From sequence record SRR22947727_495: DNA of 64,000 nt, one strand, 5' to 3'. Positions 39,464 to 50,193 of the stretch are shown piece after piece. Below the pieces are notes generated by a model, which worked only from the letters and a program-made list of their open reading frames with translations, ran no database searches and was not told where the DNA came from. How positions within the stretch are numbered: the first letter of the stretch is position 1; every line of letters starts with the position of its first letter. Made by a program: the position numbers and the translations under genes.

Positions 39464-40333
39464 ATGATCCAAGCCAAGCCTTGTTTGATTGCCCCGAACC
39501 CTCAGGCAAAAGGGTTGACGCGGCAGGTCGCAGGTCTGGACCACCTGGGCGCGGAAATTTCGTTGAATGTGGTGGAGGAGCGGCCGCTTACCATCTGGCT
39601 CAATGGTCAAGAGATCGTGACCGCCATGACGATTGGCGATTATCCCGAATATCTGGCGCAGGGTTTTTTAAGCAATCAAGGCATGTTGACCAAAGACGAG
39701 ATCGTTGAGGCGGTCGATTTTGACGCAGAGTTGGAAACCGTGGTGGTACGCACCAATCGGCCAACCAATTATGAGGCCAAACTCAAGAAAAAGACCCGCA
39801 CCTCTGGCTGTGCGGTGGGCACTGTTTTTGGCGACATCATGGAGGGGATCGAGGGGCTATGTTTGCCGCCGGCGTTGCTGCGGACCTCTTGGCTCTATAG
39901 CCTTTCGCACCAGATCAACCAAATGCCGAGCCTCTATCTCAGCGCGGGCGCGATCCATGGCACGGTGCTTTGCCTCCGCGACGCGCCCTTGGTCTATATG
40001 GAAGACGTGGGGCGACACAATGCGGTGGATAAGGTGGCCGGATGGATGCGGGCGACGCAAACCTCAGGCGCCGATAAGATTCTCTATACCACCGGGCGCT
40101 TGACCTCTGAGATGGTGATCAAATGCGCTTTGATGGGCATTCCGGTATTGGCGAGCCGCTCGGGGTTTACCGCCTGGGGCGTCGAATTGGCGCGGCAGGT
40201 CGGCCTGACATTAATCGGACGGATGCGCGGGCAAAGGTTTCAATGCTTATCGGGCCAGGAGCGGCTCGTTTTTGATGCGGATCCCTCCTCGGAAGAAGAG
40301 GACCGCAAGCACCGCCGGAAATCCGCGCAATGA
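39464..40333 (+). CDS. fdhD: Formate dehydrogenase accessory sulfurtransferase
   Basis: ERPLTI, TSGCAVG, EDVGRHNAVDK, TGRLTSEMVIK. Confidence 0.93.
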   Translation: MIQAKPCLIAPNPQAKGLTRQVAGLDHLGAEISLNVVEERPLTIWLNGQEIVTAMTIGDYPEYLAQGFLSNQGMLTKDEIVEAVDFDAELETVVVRTNRPTNYEAKLKKKTRTSGCAVGTVFGDIMEGIEGLCLPPALLRTSWLYSLSHQINQMPSLYLSAGAIHGTVLCLRDAPLVYMEDVGRHNAVDKVAGWMRATQTSGADKILYTTGRLTSEMVIKCALMGIPVLASRSGFTAWGVELARQVGLTLIGRMRGQRFQCLSGQERLVFDADPSSEEEDRKHRRKSAQ

Positions 40334-40935
40334 CTGCGCCTCTTGGGGTAATTCTCGCCGGCGGGCGGGCCAGCCGCATGGGCGGGGGGGATAAATCTCT
40401 ACGCCCTCTGGCCGGACGACGGGTGATTGATCATGTTCTCGAGCGATTGCGCCCGCAGGTGGCTCACATGGCGCTGAGTGCCAATGGCGATCCGGCACGT
40501 TTTGAATCTCTTGATCTGCCTGTGATTGCCGATTCTATGGCGGAATTTCCAGGGCCTTTGGCGGGGGTCTTGGCCGGAATGGATTGGGCGGCCGACCAGG
40601 GCGCAGAGCATATCCTGACCGTGGCGGCAGACACGCCGTTTTTCCCTGCGGATCTTCAGGCACGTTTGGCGGATGCTCGGGAGGTGGCGGGGGTTCCGAT
40701 TGCTTTGGCGGCAACGCCCGGGCCCGATAGGATATACCGTCACCCCACCTTCGGACTTTGGCCCGTGGCGCTGCGTGAGGATTTGCGGCGCGCTTTGAGG
40801 GGCGGTCTGCGCAAAGTGGTGCTTTGGACCGATCAACACGGCTGCGCCGAGGCGCTGTTCGCGGTGGATCCCCATGATCCCTTCTTCAATATCAATCGGC
40901 CAGAAGACCTGGCGCAGGCTGAGGCGATGGCATGA
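40330..40935 (+). CDS. mobA: Molybdenum cofactor guanylyltransferase
   Basis: LAGGRASRMGGGDK, GPLAG, DTPF, FFNINRPEDL. Confidence 0.95.
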   Translation: MTAPLGVILAGGRASRMGGGDKSLRPLAGRRVIDHVLERLRPQVAHMALSANGDPARFESLDLPVIADSMAEFPGPLAGVLAGMDWAADQGAEHILTVAADTPFFPADLQARLADAREVAGVPIALAATPGPDRIYRHPTFGLWPVALREDLRRALRGGLRKVVLWTDQHGCAEALFAVDPHDPFFNINRPEDLAQAEAMA

Positions 40936-41429
40936 ATGTATTTGGCGTAACTGGCTGGAAAAATGCTGGTAAAACCGGCTTGATGGAACGGTTGGTGGCG
41001 GAGTTTTGTGGCCGGGGTTTGCGGGTCTCAACCCTCAAACATGCCCATCACAGCTTTGACGTGGATCACCCGGGAAAGGACAGCCACCGGCATCGTATGG
41101 CGGGCGCGTCACAGGTTCTGCTGGCTTCAACAGAGCGCTGGGCTTTAATGAACGAGCATCGCGGTGCGCCGGAGCCGAGCTTGACCGCGCTTTTGGCCAA
41201 ATTGGATCCGGTAGATCTGGTGCTGATCGAGGGTTGGAAGCGCGATAAACATCCGAAAGTTGAGGCATGGCGGGCGGAAACCGGCAACCCGCTGATTGCG
41301 CCGAATGATCCAACGATTTTAGCTGTCGCCAGTGACACCGCTCTAGAGCTTGATCGCCCGGTGTTTGATCTGGATGACACGGCGGCAGTGGCCGATTTTA
41401 TTCTAGCGTATTTGGAGATGGCCAGGTGA
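40932..41429 (+). CDS. mobB: Molybdopterin-guanine dinucleotide biosynthesis protein B
   Basis: GWKNAGKT, KHAHH, DLVLIEGWK. Confidence 0.95.
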   Translation: MNVFGVTGWKNAGKTGLMERLVAEFCGRGLRVSTLKHAHHSFDVDHPGKDSHRHRMAGASQVLLASTERWALMNEHRGAPEPSLTALLAKLDPVDLVLIEGWKRDKHPKVEAWRAETGNPLIAPNDPTILAVASDTALELDRPVFDLDDTAAVADFILAYLEMAR

Positions 41430-42682
41430 GCGCGCCAAGCAAACTGAGCAATGATTGTTTTGCACTGCCTGCCGGGGTGCATTGGACACCGGTGAGCGAG
41501 GCGCTCCGCCTTTTGGAACAGCGCTTGCAGTGCTGTGTTCCGGTGGAGCAATCTGCCGTTGAGGACAGCGATGGGCGGATTTTGGCACATGCGGTCATTG
41601 CCGCAAGATCGCATCCGCCCTGTGCCAACTCAGCGGTGGATGGCTATGCCTTCGCTGGCGGTCTGCAGGCGGGTGCGCAGAGTTTGCAACTGCGGGACGG
41701 GCGCTCTGCGGCTGGAGAGGCCTTTAAAGGGCGGCTCTTGCCCGGCCAAGCCCTGCGCATACTCACAGGCGCGGCTTTGCCGGGTGGTGCCGATACGGTG
41801 GTGTTGCAAGAAGATGTTCGGATAGACGACGGCCGGCTTCAGGTTACAGGTCCGCTCAAAGCAGGGGCCAATGCCCGCGCGGCTGGCGAAGATATGCAAC
41901 AAGGGGCCCAGATTTTTCCGGCAGGCCATCAACTCAGGCCGGAAGATCTTGGGGTGATCGCCGCGGCGGGTCTGGGCGAGGTTTCTGTATTCAAGCCCCT
42001 AAAGGTCGCAGTGATCTCCACAGGTGCGGAATTGCGCGCGCCAGGGCAAGCGGCGCGTGTCGACCAAATTTTTGATGCCAACCGACCGATGCTCTGCGCG
42101 GTGCTGCGACGCTGGGGTATGGAGGTGGTGGATCTTGGTATTGTGCCCGATGAGGCCGCCGCTGTGCGCGCGGCGCTTGACCGGGCCAAAGACTGCGCGG
42201 ATGTCATCATGACCTCGGGGGGGGCGAGCGCCGGGGATGAGGATCACATGTCCGCGGTGTTGCGCGCGAGCGGCGGTATGGCGCTTTGGCGGATTGCGGT
42301 GAAGCCGGGACGGCCTTTGGCTTTGGGCGTTTGGGGCGGGGTGCCGGTTTTTGGCCTGCCGGGCAATCCGGTGGCAGCCTTTGTCTGTACGTTGATTTTC
42401 GCCCGCCCCGCGTTGTTGCAACTGGCGGGGGCCGGATTCCAAGTCCCGCAAGCGCTGCATATGCCAGCTGCATTTTCAAAAACGAAAAAAGCTGGGCGTC
42501 GCGAATATCTGCGGGCACGCTTGCGCGATGGCGCGGCCCATGTCTTCGCGTCTGAAGGATCGGGCCGGGTCTCAGGCCTGTCTTGGGCAGAAGGCCTTGT
42601 AGAATTACCAGAGGCGGCGGCCGAGATTAAACCCGGCCAAACGGTATGTTTTTTGCCCTACGCCAGTTTTGGCCTGCCATAA
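41426..42682 (+). CDS. moeA: Molybdopterin molybdotransferase
   Basis: SAVDGYA, RILTGA, SGGASAG, KPGRP, LPGNPV. Confidence 0.94.
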   Translation: MSAPSKLSNDCFALPAGVHWTPVSEALRLLEQRLQCCVPVEQSAVEDSDGRILAHAVIAARSHPPCANSAVDGYAFAGGLQAGAQSLQLRDGRSAAGEAFKGRLLPGQALRILTGAALPGGADTVVLQEDVRIDDGRLQVTGPLKAGANARAAGEDMQQGAQIFPAGHQLRPEDLGVIAAAGLGEVSVFKPLKVAVISTGAELRAPGQAARVDQIFDANRPMLCAVLRRWGMEVVDLGIVPDEAAAVRAALDRAKDCADVIMTSGGASAGDEDHMSAVLRASGGMALWRIAVKPGRPLALGVWGGVPVFGLPGNPVAAFVCTLIFARPALLQLAGAGFQVPQALHMPAAFSKTKKAGRREYLRARLRDGAAHVFASEGSGRVSGLSWAEGLVELPEAAAEIKPGQTVCFLPYASFGLP

Positions 42683-42701
42683 AAGCCCCGGGAGCCGGGG
42701 C
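42681..42701 (-). terminator. Intrinsic terminator between the convergent moeA and greA
   Basis: AAAA-GCCCCGG-GAG-CCGGGGC. Confidence 0.6.
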
Positions 42702-42716
42702 GCCAGGCTTGCCGTG

Positions 42717-43187
42717 TCAGATGAATTCGACTTTTAAGATTTCATAGGAGCGCGCACCGCCAGGCGTGCGCACTTCAATGCTGTCGCCTTCGTCCTTGCC
42801 AATCAAAGCCCGGGCCAATGGTGAGCGCATGTTGAGCTTGCCACTCTCAATATCCGCCTCTGGCTCTCCCACGACTTGATAAATTTTCTCTTCATCGGTG
42901 TCCTCATCGACCAAAGTCACCGTCGCACCGAATTTCACCGACCCGGACAATTTGGCCGGATCAATGATATCGGCTCGGCCCAAGATGGCTTCCAGCTCTT
43001 TGATTCGTCCTTCAATGAATCCCTGCTTTTCGCGCGCCGAGTGATATTCGGCGTTCTCTTTCAAATCGCCCAATTCCCGCGCTTCCGCAATCGCCTTGAT
43101 GATGGTTGGGCGTTCTACAGATTTCAAGGTCTTCATTTCAGCCTCCAGCTGAACGGCACCTGATCTGGTTAACGGGATTTTTTCCAT
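42717..43187 (-). CDS. greA: Transcription elongation factor GreA
   Basis: [22 protein letters not shown]; start MEKIP at 43187. Confidence 0.97.
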   Translation of the reverse strand: MEKIPLTRSGAVQLEAEMKTLKSVERPTIIKAIAEARELGDLKENAEYHSAREKQGFIEGRIKELEAILGRADIIDPAKLSGSVKFGATVTLVDEDTDEEKIYQVVGEPEADIESGKLNMRSPLARALIGKDEGDSIEVRTPGGARSYEILKVEFI

Positions 43188-43496
43188 TGAAACAACACTC
43201 ATGATTGAAGGTTGATCTACCTGACCGAAGGCGACGCGGTTTGGCAAGGGGTTAGATTACGATTGCCATGTTTTTTTTGTGACTGCGCACCAATTGATCT
43301 TATTTTAAACAGTTCCTTCAGAAATAGAGGCCTTTGGCTCGGCCGGTGCCTGTGAGAAATGCGAAATAACGTCGCCTTTGGCCTTGGAAAGCCGCGTCAC
43401 GATTGACCTGCGTTTGAATCATGGCATAAACCTTTCAGCGAGTTTGAAAATTTTGCCCATTTTTTCACGAGATGGGCCGGCAGCAAGGGAAGTAAT

Positions 43497-45149
43497 ATGT
43501 CAGATATTCAACGTGAGACCATGGACTATGACGTGGTGATTGTGGGCGCCGGTCCTTCGGGATTGTCTGCTGCGATCCGCTTGAAACAGTTGAATGCCGA
43601 CCTTGAGGTTGTGGTGCTGGAGAAAGGCTCAGAAGTGGGTGCGCATATCCTCTCTGGCGCCGTGCTGGATCCCGCGGCCCTCAACGCATTGATCCCAGAT
43701 TGGAAAGCCAAGGGCGCGCCCTTGAATACCGAAGTGAAGGAAGACAACTTCTATGTCTTGGGCGAGGCGGGGCAAATACGTCTGCCCAATGCGATCATGC
43801 CACCTTTGATGAACAATCACGGCAATTACATCGTTTCGATGGGCAATGTGTGCCGTTGGCTCGCCGAACAGGCCGAAGAGTTGGGCGTTGAAATTTTCCC
43901 GGGCATGGCCTGTTCCGAGCTGTTGTTTCATGACGATGGCGCGGTGAAAGGTGTGGTGGCCGGTGAATTTGGCAAGAATGGCGATGGCAGCCCGTCCGAG
44001 GCCTATGAGCCCGGCATGGAGCTCAATGGCAAATATGTGTTCCTCTCTGAAGGTGTGCGCGGTTCATTGTCAAAGCAGGTCATTGCCAAATATAATTTGG
44101 ACGCGGCCTGCGATGTGCCAAAGTTTGGCCTTGGCATGAAAGAGATCTGGGAAGTGAAGCCGGAAAACCATAACCAGGGCGAGGTCACCCATTCTATGGG
44201 CTGGCCGATGGGCTTCAAACAATCTGGCGGCTCCTTCATGTATCATTTAGAAAATAATCAAGTCTATGTCGGCTTCATTATTGATTTAAATTACAAAAAT
44301 CCGCATCTCTTTCCCTATATGGAATTCCAGCGATTTAAGCATCACCCGCGGATTGCGAAGGTTTTAGAGGGCGGAAAGCGGGTGGCCTATGGCGCGCGCG
44401 CGGTCACCAAAGGGGGATTTCAATCTATGCCGCAAGCGGCCTTCCCGGGGGGCGCGATGCTGGGCTGTTCGGTCGGGCTGGTGAACCTGCCGCGTATTAA
44501 AGGCAATCACAATGCGATGCATTCGGGCGTGGCGGCGGCAGAGGCGGCTTTTGCCGCGATCAGCGCGGGGCGTTCTGGCGATGTGCTCGAGAGCTATGAC
44601 GCGGCTTTGCGTTCGGGTCCTGTCGGTAAAGATCTTAAGGTTGTGCGCAATGTGGCCCCGCTCGCCGCGCGCTTTGGACCTTTGGGCGGATTGGCCTTGG
44701 GCGGCTTTGATATGTGGTTCCAATCCATCTTCAAATTTAGCCTGTTTGGCACGGTCAAACATGGCAAAACCGATGCGCAATCCACCGGAAAAGCCGGAGA
44801 TCATGCGCCGATTGACTATCCGAAGCCCGATGGGAAACTGTCCTTTGACCGGTTGACCAATGTCAGCTTTGCCATGACAAACCACGAGGAAAGCCAGCCG
44901 CCACATTTGCAACTGACTGACCCTGATGTGCCGATCTTGGTGAACCTGCCGGACTATGCTGAGCCTGCGCAGCGCTATTGCCCGGCCGGGGTCTATGAGG
45001 TGGTGCAGGAAGAGGGCAAAGAGGCCCGCTTTGTGGTCAACTTCCAAAACTGCGTTCATTGCAAAACCTGTGACATCAAAGACCCAAGTCAAAACATCAC
45101 ATGGGTGACGCCGCAGGGTGGGGATGGGCCGAATTATCCAAATATGTAA
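43497..45149 (+). CDS. Electron transfer flavoprotein-ubiquinone oxidoreductase
   Basis: GAGPSG FAD motif, CPAGVYE, NCVHCKTCDIKDP. Confidence 0.96.
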   Translation: MSDIQRETMDYDVVIVGAGPSGLSAAIRLKQLNADLEVVVLEKGSEVGAHILSGAVLDPAALNALIPDWKAKGAPLNTEVKEDNFYVLGEAGQIRLPNAIMPPLMNNHGNYIVSMGNVCRWLAEQAEELGVEIFPGMACSELLFHDDGAVKGVVAGEFGKNGDGSPSEAYEPGMELNGKYVFLSEGVRGSLSKQVIAKYNLDAACDVPKFGLGMKEIWEVKPENHNQGEVTHSMGWPMGFKQSGGSFMYHLENNQVYVGFIIDLNYKNPHLFPYMEFQRFKHHPRIAKVLEGGKRVAYGARAVTKGGFQSMPQAAFPGGAMLGCSVGLVNLPRIKGNHNAMHSGVAAAEAAFAAISAGRSGDVLESYDAALRSGPVGKDLKVVRNVAPLAARFGPLGGLALGGFDMWFQSIFKFSLFGTVKHGKTDAQSTGKAGDHAPIDYPKPDGKLSFDRLTNVSFAMTNHEESQPPHLQLTDPDVPILVNLPDYAEPAQRYCPAGVYEVVQEEGKEARFVVNFQNCVHCKTCDIKDPSQNITWVTPQGGDGPNYPNM

Positions 45150-45172
45150 CCACGCCAAAGCGTGATCTTTGA

Positions 45173-45210
45173 GGGCCGCCAGCAAAAAGCTGCGCGGCCC
45201 AATTGTTTTT
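45173..45210 (+). terminator. Hairpin after the ETF-QO gene
   Basis: GGGCCGC-CAGC-AAAAA-GCTG-C-GCGGCCC followed by AATTGTTTTT. Confidence 0.5.
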
Positions 45211-46963
45211 GCCCAAGGCTCAGCCTAAGAATGACCTATCAGGGAGGCCGGTTTTGAAACGATCTGCAAAAATAATTTATGTGATGCTGCTGAGCATGAC
45301 GCTCGGGGCCAGCGCAGCGGCGCAACAGGCCTCTGGTCCCTATATTGCGGCGCGCCAAGCGGCTCTTGCGCATGATTACCAACCCGCTGCAGATTATTTC
45401 GCCCGCGCTTTGGCGCAATCTCCACGCGATTCTGTCTTGGTGTCGCAAACCATGACGGCCTTTCTGGCCTCGGGTGATGTGAAAAAAGCCCATGCTTTGG
45501 CGCGTCTGTTGGTGGCCGGTGAGGGCAGCTATCCTTTGGCTGAGGTTTTGGTGCTGTCGGAACATTTCAAACGCAATGACTATCAGGCAGCGCTGGATCA
45601 TCTGGAGGCGACAACCGTCGTTGGCCGGGCCATTGATGAGTTGCTTGAAGGCTGGGCGCTCGTCGGCTTGGGGCAAATGGCTGAGGCGTTGCGCCGCTTT
45701 GATGCCGTCATTCCGGTGGAGGGTATGCGCAGCTTTGCGCTGTATCAAAAAGGTCTCGCGCTGACTTTGGTGGGAGATTTTGAAGGTGCAGCGGCAAGCT
45801 TTAGCGGCCAGGGGCAGGCAGCACCCGCCTTGAATTATCGCGGCAGTTTGGTCTGGGCGCAGATATTGGTGCAGTTGGACAGGTCAGATGACGCCCTGGC
45901 GTTTTTGCGTGATTTTCATGGATCTGGTGCGGATCACGCGGTCAACAGTTTGATGGCGCAAATTGAGGCCGGCGCATTGGTCGAGTTTGATCTGCTGCGC
46001 AACGCCAGCGAAGGCGCCGGTGAAGTTTTGCACCTCTTGGCGCAGGCTTTGCAAAATGGCGAAGGTCAAGACGGGCTGCTGCTGTACACGCGCCTGGCCA
46101 GCCATATGGCCCCGCGCAATATGCAGGCAGTTTTGCTGTCAGCGCAGCTGCTCGAACAGCTTGGCAATCCGCAGTTGGCGATTGAAACCTATGCGCAGGT
46201 GCCGCGCAGCCATCCGACCTATGTCCAGGCCGAATTGGGCCGGGCGCAGGCGTTGCAAGAGATCGGCGAAGCCACAACTGCGATTGAGGTTTTGACACAA
46301 TTGGCTGGATCTTTTGAGAATCTGCGCTCTATTCACATGACCTTGGGCGATTTTTTACGCCAAGATGAGCAATATGCGCGCGCGGTGCGCAGTTATGACA
46401 GGGCGATTGCGTTGATTGATCAACCGGCGCGGGGGCATTGGTATTTGCATTATGTCAGAGGCACAGCGCATGATCGGCTGGGAGATTGGGCTGCGGCGAT
46501 GCGTGATTTTGATCGTGCCTTGGAGCTGGCGCCCGATCAATTTCAGGTGCTGAACTATGTGGGCTATACTCTGGTGGATCGCAGTGAACAGCTCGATGAG
46601 GCGCTTGAGATGATCCAAAAGGCCGTCGCGGCACAGCCCGATGCAGGCTATATCATCGACAGTCTTGGATGGGCGCAGTATCGGCTTGGCTTTTACAACG
46701 AGGCCGTGGTGCATATGGAGCGCGCGGCGGAGTTAATGGCGACAGATCCAATTGTGAATGACCACCTGGGCGATGTTTATTGGGCCGTTGGGCGCAAAAC
46801 CGAGGCGCAATTTCAATGGCGACGGGCCTTGAGCTTTGCCATCGATTACTCTGGCCCAGAGGCGGTTGATCCAAAGCGCATTCAACGCAAGCTAGAGGTG
46901 GGTCTCGCGGAGGTCTTGGCTGAGGAGGGGGCGGCGCCTCTGAAAGTGGCTGATGGCGATTAG
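45203..46963 (+). CDS. Exported tetratricopeptide repeat protein (start probably further downstream)
   Basis: VLNYVGY, DSLGW, NDHLGDVYWAVGR; precedes ispE. Confidence 0.88.
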   Translation: MFLPKAQPKNDLSGRPVLKRSAKIIYVMLLSMTLGASAAAQQASGPYIAARQAALAHDYQPAADYFARALAQSPRDSVLVSQTMTAFLASGDVKKAHALARLLVAGEGSYPLAEVLVLSEHFKRNDYQAALDHLEATTVVGRAIDELLEGWALVGLGQMAEALRRFDAVIPVEGMRSFALYQKGLALTLVGDFEGAAASFSGQGQAAPALNYRGSLVWAQILVQLDRSDDALAFLRDFHGSGADHAVNSLMAQIEAGALVEFDLLRNASEGAGEVLHLLAQALQNGEGQDGLLLYTRLASHMAPRNMQAVLLSAQLLEQLGNPQLAIETYAQVPRSHPTYVQAELGRAQALQEIGEATTAIEVLTQLAGSFENLRSIHMTLGDFLRQDEQYARAVRSYDRAIALIDQPARGHWYLHYVRGTAHDRLGDWAAAMRDFDRALELAPDQFQVLNYVGYTLVDRSEQLDEALEMIQKAVAAQPDAGYIIDSLGWAQYRLGFYNEAVVHMERAAELMATDPIVNDHLGDVYWAVGRKTEAQFQWRRALSFAIDYSGPEAVDPKRIQRKLEVGLAEVLAEEGAAPLKVADGD

Positions 46964-47780
46964 GCGCAGCGCTGCGGCAAAGATCAATCTCTGCCTGCAT
47001 GTTGTGGGACAACGTGCCGATGGGTTGCATAACTTGCAAAGTGCCGTCGCCTTTCTTGATTGCGGTGAATGGGTGGAGGTGAGAAAATCTGGTCGCACCC
47101 AGCTGAACATCCTTGGCCCAAAGGCCGCAGAGCTTCCTCGGCAGGATGATAATTTGATCCTAAAGGCTGCCGCGCTCTTTCCGCGCCACTGTCAGACCGA
47201 CATCCGGCTGCATAAAACCATGCCGGTTGCCTCTGGTATTGGTGGGGGCAGCGCGGACGCGGCGGCGACATTGAATGCGATGGCCGCGCTTTGGGATCTT
47301 CCTCTGCCCGATGTGGCGGCGCAGGTGCTATTGGGCGCTGATGTGCCTGTTTGTATGGGGCGTTCACCGGTTTTGATGCAGGGCATTGGTGCGCAGATAT
47401 CCCCCTTGGGTGATGTGCCGGCTCTATTTGCGTGCTTGGTCAACCCAGGGCGTGGTTTGTCCACCGCGCGGGTGTTTGAACAATTGGCGTCCAAATCTAA
47501 CCCGCCGCTTGAACCGCCACCACCCGCGGCCAGAGAATTTTGCGCCTGGCTCAAACGGCAGCGCAATGATCTGCAAGCGCCAGCTCTGGCGGCCGAGCCG
47601 ATGATTGCTGATGTTCTGGAGGCTTTGGCTGCACAGGCGCCGCTTTTGGCGCGCATGTCCGGGTCGGGTGCCACGTGTTTTGCTCTGTTTGAGAGCTTGG
47701 CCGCCGCGCAAGACTGTGCCGCCGCCATTCAAGCCAAACAGCCCGGCTGGTGGGTGGCCAGCGGCGCGCTCTTGATCTGA
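46953..47780 (+). CDS. ispE: 4-(cytidine 5'-diphospho)-2-C-methyl-D-erythritol kinase
   Basis: AKINLCLHV, PVASGIGGGSADAA, GADVP, MSGSGATCF. Confidence 0.95.
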   Translation: MAIRRSAAAKINLCLHVVGQRADGLHNLQSAVAFLDCGEWVEVRKSGRTQLNILGPKAAELPRQDDNLILKAAALFPRHCQTDIRLHKTMPVASGIGGGSADAAATLNAMAALWDLPLPDVAAQVLLGADVPVCMGRSPVLMQGIGAQISPLGDVPALFACLVNPGRGLSTARVFEQLASKSNPPLEPPPPAAREFCAWLKRQRNDLQAPALAAEPMIADVLEALAAQAPLLARMSGSGATCFALFESLAAAQDCAAAIQAKQPGWWVASGALLI

Positions 47781-47796
47781 CTGGTCTTTCGGGGCG

Positions 47797-48795
47797 TTAG
47801 TTTAAGCGGGCCACGACGTAATCGCTGAGATCCGTGAGTACGGGCTTCAGCGGGTGATCTGGCAAGTCACTGAGGGCGGATTTGGCTTGCTCAGCCCAAT
47901 AAAGGGCTTGGGCCCGGGTGGCCTCAAGCGTGCCGTGGCGTGTCATTAGGGCGATGGCATGGGGTAAATCCTCCGCCTCTTGTTGGCCCTTAGCAATGCA
48001 TTTATGCCAAAATGCCCGCTCAGTGTCATCTGCGGCAGCAATTGCTTTGATCACAGGCAGGGTCAGTTTGCGCTCTCTGAAGTCATCGCCAATGTTTTTA
48101 CCCGTCGCTGTGCTGCCAGTGTAATCTAAGAGGTCATCAACGATTTGAAAGGAAATGCCCAAAGCGTCACCATAGGCTGCAAGGGCCCGGACCGTTTGAT
48201 CTTCTTTGCCCGCAATGACCGCGCCCACTTCGCAGGCGGCTGCAAAGAGTGCGGCGGTTTTTCCACGGATGACTTTGAAATAGATTTCTTCGCTGGTCGT
48301 AATGTCTTGCGCGGCCGTGAGCTGCAGCACCTCGCCCTCTGCAATGGTGGCAGAGGCATTGGCCAAAATGTCCAAAACGCGCAGGCTTCCAGTTTCCACC
48401 ATCAGTTGAAAGGAGCGAGAAAACAGATAGTCGCCAACCAAAACGCTGGATTGATTGTCCCAAAGCAAATTCGCGGTGGGCCTGCCGCGGCGTTGGGCGC
48501 TGTCGTCCACCACATCGTCATGCAGCAAAGTGGCGGTATGGATGAACTCAACCGTCGCTGCCAAATGGATGTGATAAGGCCCAGTATAGCCGCACATCCG
48601 TGCTGTGGCCAAGGTCAGCATTGGGCGCAGGCGTTTGCCCCCGGCCTCAACCAAATGGGCGGTGACCTCAGGTATGCGGGGGGCATGCTCGGAGGCCATG
48701 CGTTGGCGGATCAAATGATTGACGGCGGTCAGATCTTCGGCCAAGGCCTTTGCCAAGCGATCATGGGGTTTTGATACTGCATCGTCCAACGACAT
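47797..48795 (-). CDS. Long-chain polyprenyl diphosphate synthase (IspB/DdsA-like)
   Basis: GGKRLRP, HDDVVD, FQIVDDLLD. Confidence 0.93.
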   Translation of the reverse strand: MSLDDAVSKPHDRLAKALAEDLTAVNHLIRQRMASEHAPRIPEVTAHLVEAGGKRLRPMLTLATARMCGYTGPYHIHLAATVEFIHTATLLHDDVVDDSAQRRGRPTANLLWDNQSSVLVGDYLFSRSFQLMVETGSLRVLDILANASATIAEGEVLQLTAAQDITTSEEIYFKVIRGKTAALFAAACEVGAVIAGKEDQTVRALAAYGDALGISFQIVDDLLDYTGSTATGKNIGDDFRERKLTLPVIKAIAAADDTERAFWHKCIAKGQQEAEDLPHAIALMTRHGTLEATRAQALYWAEQAKSALSDLPDHPLKPVLTDLSDYVVARLN

Positions 48796-48853
48796 GTTCG
48801 AATTTCCTCAAGGCTCTCGACAAACCCGCATATCAGACCCTATGTCATAGGGC

Positions 48854-49069
48854 ATGAAAGAATTATTACGCACCACCGATCCGACGCTTATGGCCTTCGC
48901 GCAAATGCTGCTTCGCGGGGAAGACATAGCTTGCTTCGAATTTGACGTAAATACCAGCATTATCGAAGGCAGCATTGGCATTTTGCCGCGCCGGCTGATG
49001 GTGGCTGATAGAGACCATTTTGTCGCTGCCGCTGTGATGCGCGACAATGATGTAGATTTGGGGCAATAG
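48854..49069 (+). CDS. DUF2007-like small protein
   Basis: MKELLRTTDP, SIIEGSIGILPRRLMV. Confidence 0.82.
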   Translation: MKELLRTTDPTLMAFAQMLLRGEDIACFEFDVNTSIIEGSIGILPRRLMVADRDHFVAAAVMRDNDVDLGQ

Positions 49070-49818
49070 TGCAGGTCACCGTTGATGGATTTTTGGGTGG
49101 TCAGCTGCGTTTGGCACAGCCAAAAACCGGCTATCGCGCGGGCATTGATCCGGTGCTTCTTGCGGCCGCCTGTCCGGCGCAAAGCGGGCAAGAGGTGTTA
49201 GAGCTGGGCTGCGGCGTTGGCGTGGCCAGCCTTTGTTTGGGGCGGCGCGTGCCGGGCCTTGCGCTCAACGGGGTCGAGATTTTGGGCGAATATGCGCAAA
49301 TTGCGCGTGAAAACGCCGCTCGAAATGACATCGAATTTGACGTGCGTCAGGGGGATGTGTCTGCGCGGCCGACGCCGTTTTTCGACCGTAGTTTTCACCA
49401 TGTGATCATGAATCCCCCCTATTTTGCGGCGGAGGCCTCCTCCATATCACCTGAAGCTGGGCGCGCCTCGGGACGTTCGGAGCAAGTGGCCTTGTCCCAT
49501 TGGGTGGACATGGCCGCCAAGCGGTTGCGCCCAAAGGGATATTTGACCGTCATTCAAAGGGCGGAGCGTCTGCCGGATCTGCTGGCGGCGCTTGAAGGGT
49601 GCTTGGGGTCAATTGTCGTGCAGCCGCTTGCCCCGCGGGCCGGACGGCCGGCGCATTTGATCCTCCTACGGGCGCGGAAATCTGGACGGGCCGCTTTTCA
49701 GCTCTTGTCGGCGCAGAGCCTGCATTCGGGGGGCGCACATGTTCAGGGGCAGCCAGATTATGCGCCAGAGGTCTCGGCGATACTGCGCGACGGCGCGGCT
49801 TTTTCTTGGCGCAATTAA
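49069..49818 (+). CDS. SAM-dependent methyltransferase (tRNA1(Val) m6A37-like)
   Basis: GYRAGIDPVLLA, LELGCGVG, NPPY. Confidence 0.88.
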   Translation: MQVTVDGFLGGQLRLAQPKTGYRAGIDPVLLAAACPAQSGQEVLELGCGVGVASLCLGRRVPGLALNGVEILGEYAQIARENAARNDIEFDVRQGDVSARPTPFFDRSFHHVIMNPPYFAAEASSISPEAGRASGRSEQVALSHWVDMAAKRLRPKGYLTVIQRAERLPDLLAALEGCLGSIVVQPLAPRAGRPAHLILLRARKSGRAAFQLLSAQSLHSGGAHVQGQPDYAPEVSAILRDGAAFSWRN

Positions 49819-49935
49819 CCTTTGAGCAAGCTTTTGCGCATTTACTACGCGGGTAGCACCCCAGGAAAAGCAATGCGTGACAGCCTGTCAGGAATATGCT
49901 CGACTGATGTTATAGGCAAATCAAGAGGAGGAACC

Positions 49936-50112
49936 ATGACCTTAAATTCCCGAATCTCCGAGTTGCAACGCAAGCATATGAGCCTATCTCAAGCCGTGGA
50001 GATCGCACAGAAATCCCCAGCGTCAGATCAGTTCCATGTGGCGGAATTGAAAAAGAAAAAACTCCTCCTAAAAGAAGAGATTTCCCGTTTGTCCGGTGGA
50101 TCAGGGGGATAG
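49936..50112 (+). CDS. DUF465/YdcH family small protein
   Basis: GAGGAGG RBS; ELQRKHMSL...LKKKKLLLKEEI. Confidence 0.85.
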   Translation: MTLNSRISELQRKHMSLSQAVEIAQKSPASDQFHVAELKKKKLLLKEEISRLSGGSGG

Positions 50113-50137
50113 CGGCGGCGGCGCCGCCTTTAGGACT

Positions 50138-50167
50138 AAAAACGGCCACCCGATAGGATGGCCGTCT
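50138..50167 (-). terminator. Intrinsic terminator for phbB, possibly bidirectional
   Basis: A-run then ACGGCCA...TGGCCGT stem. Confidence 0.6.
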
Positions 50168-50193
50168 GGGAAATATTCGTATGATCGCAGCGA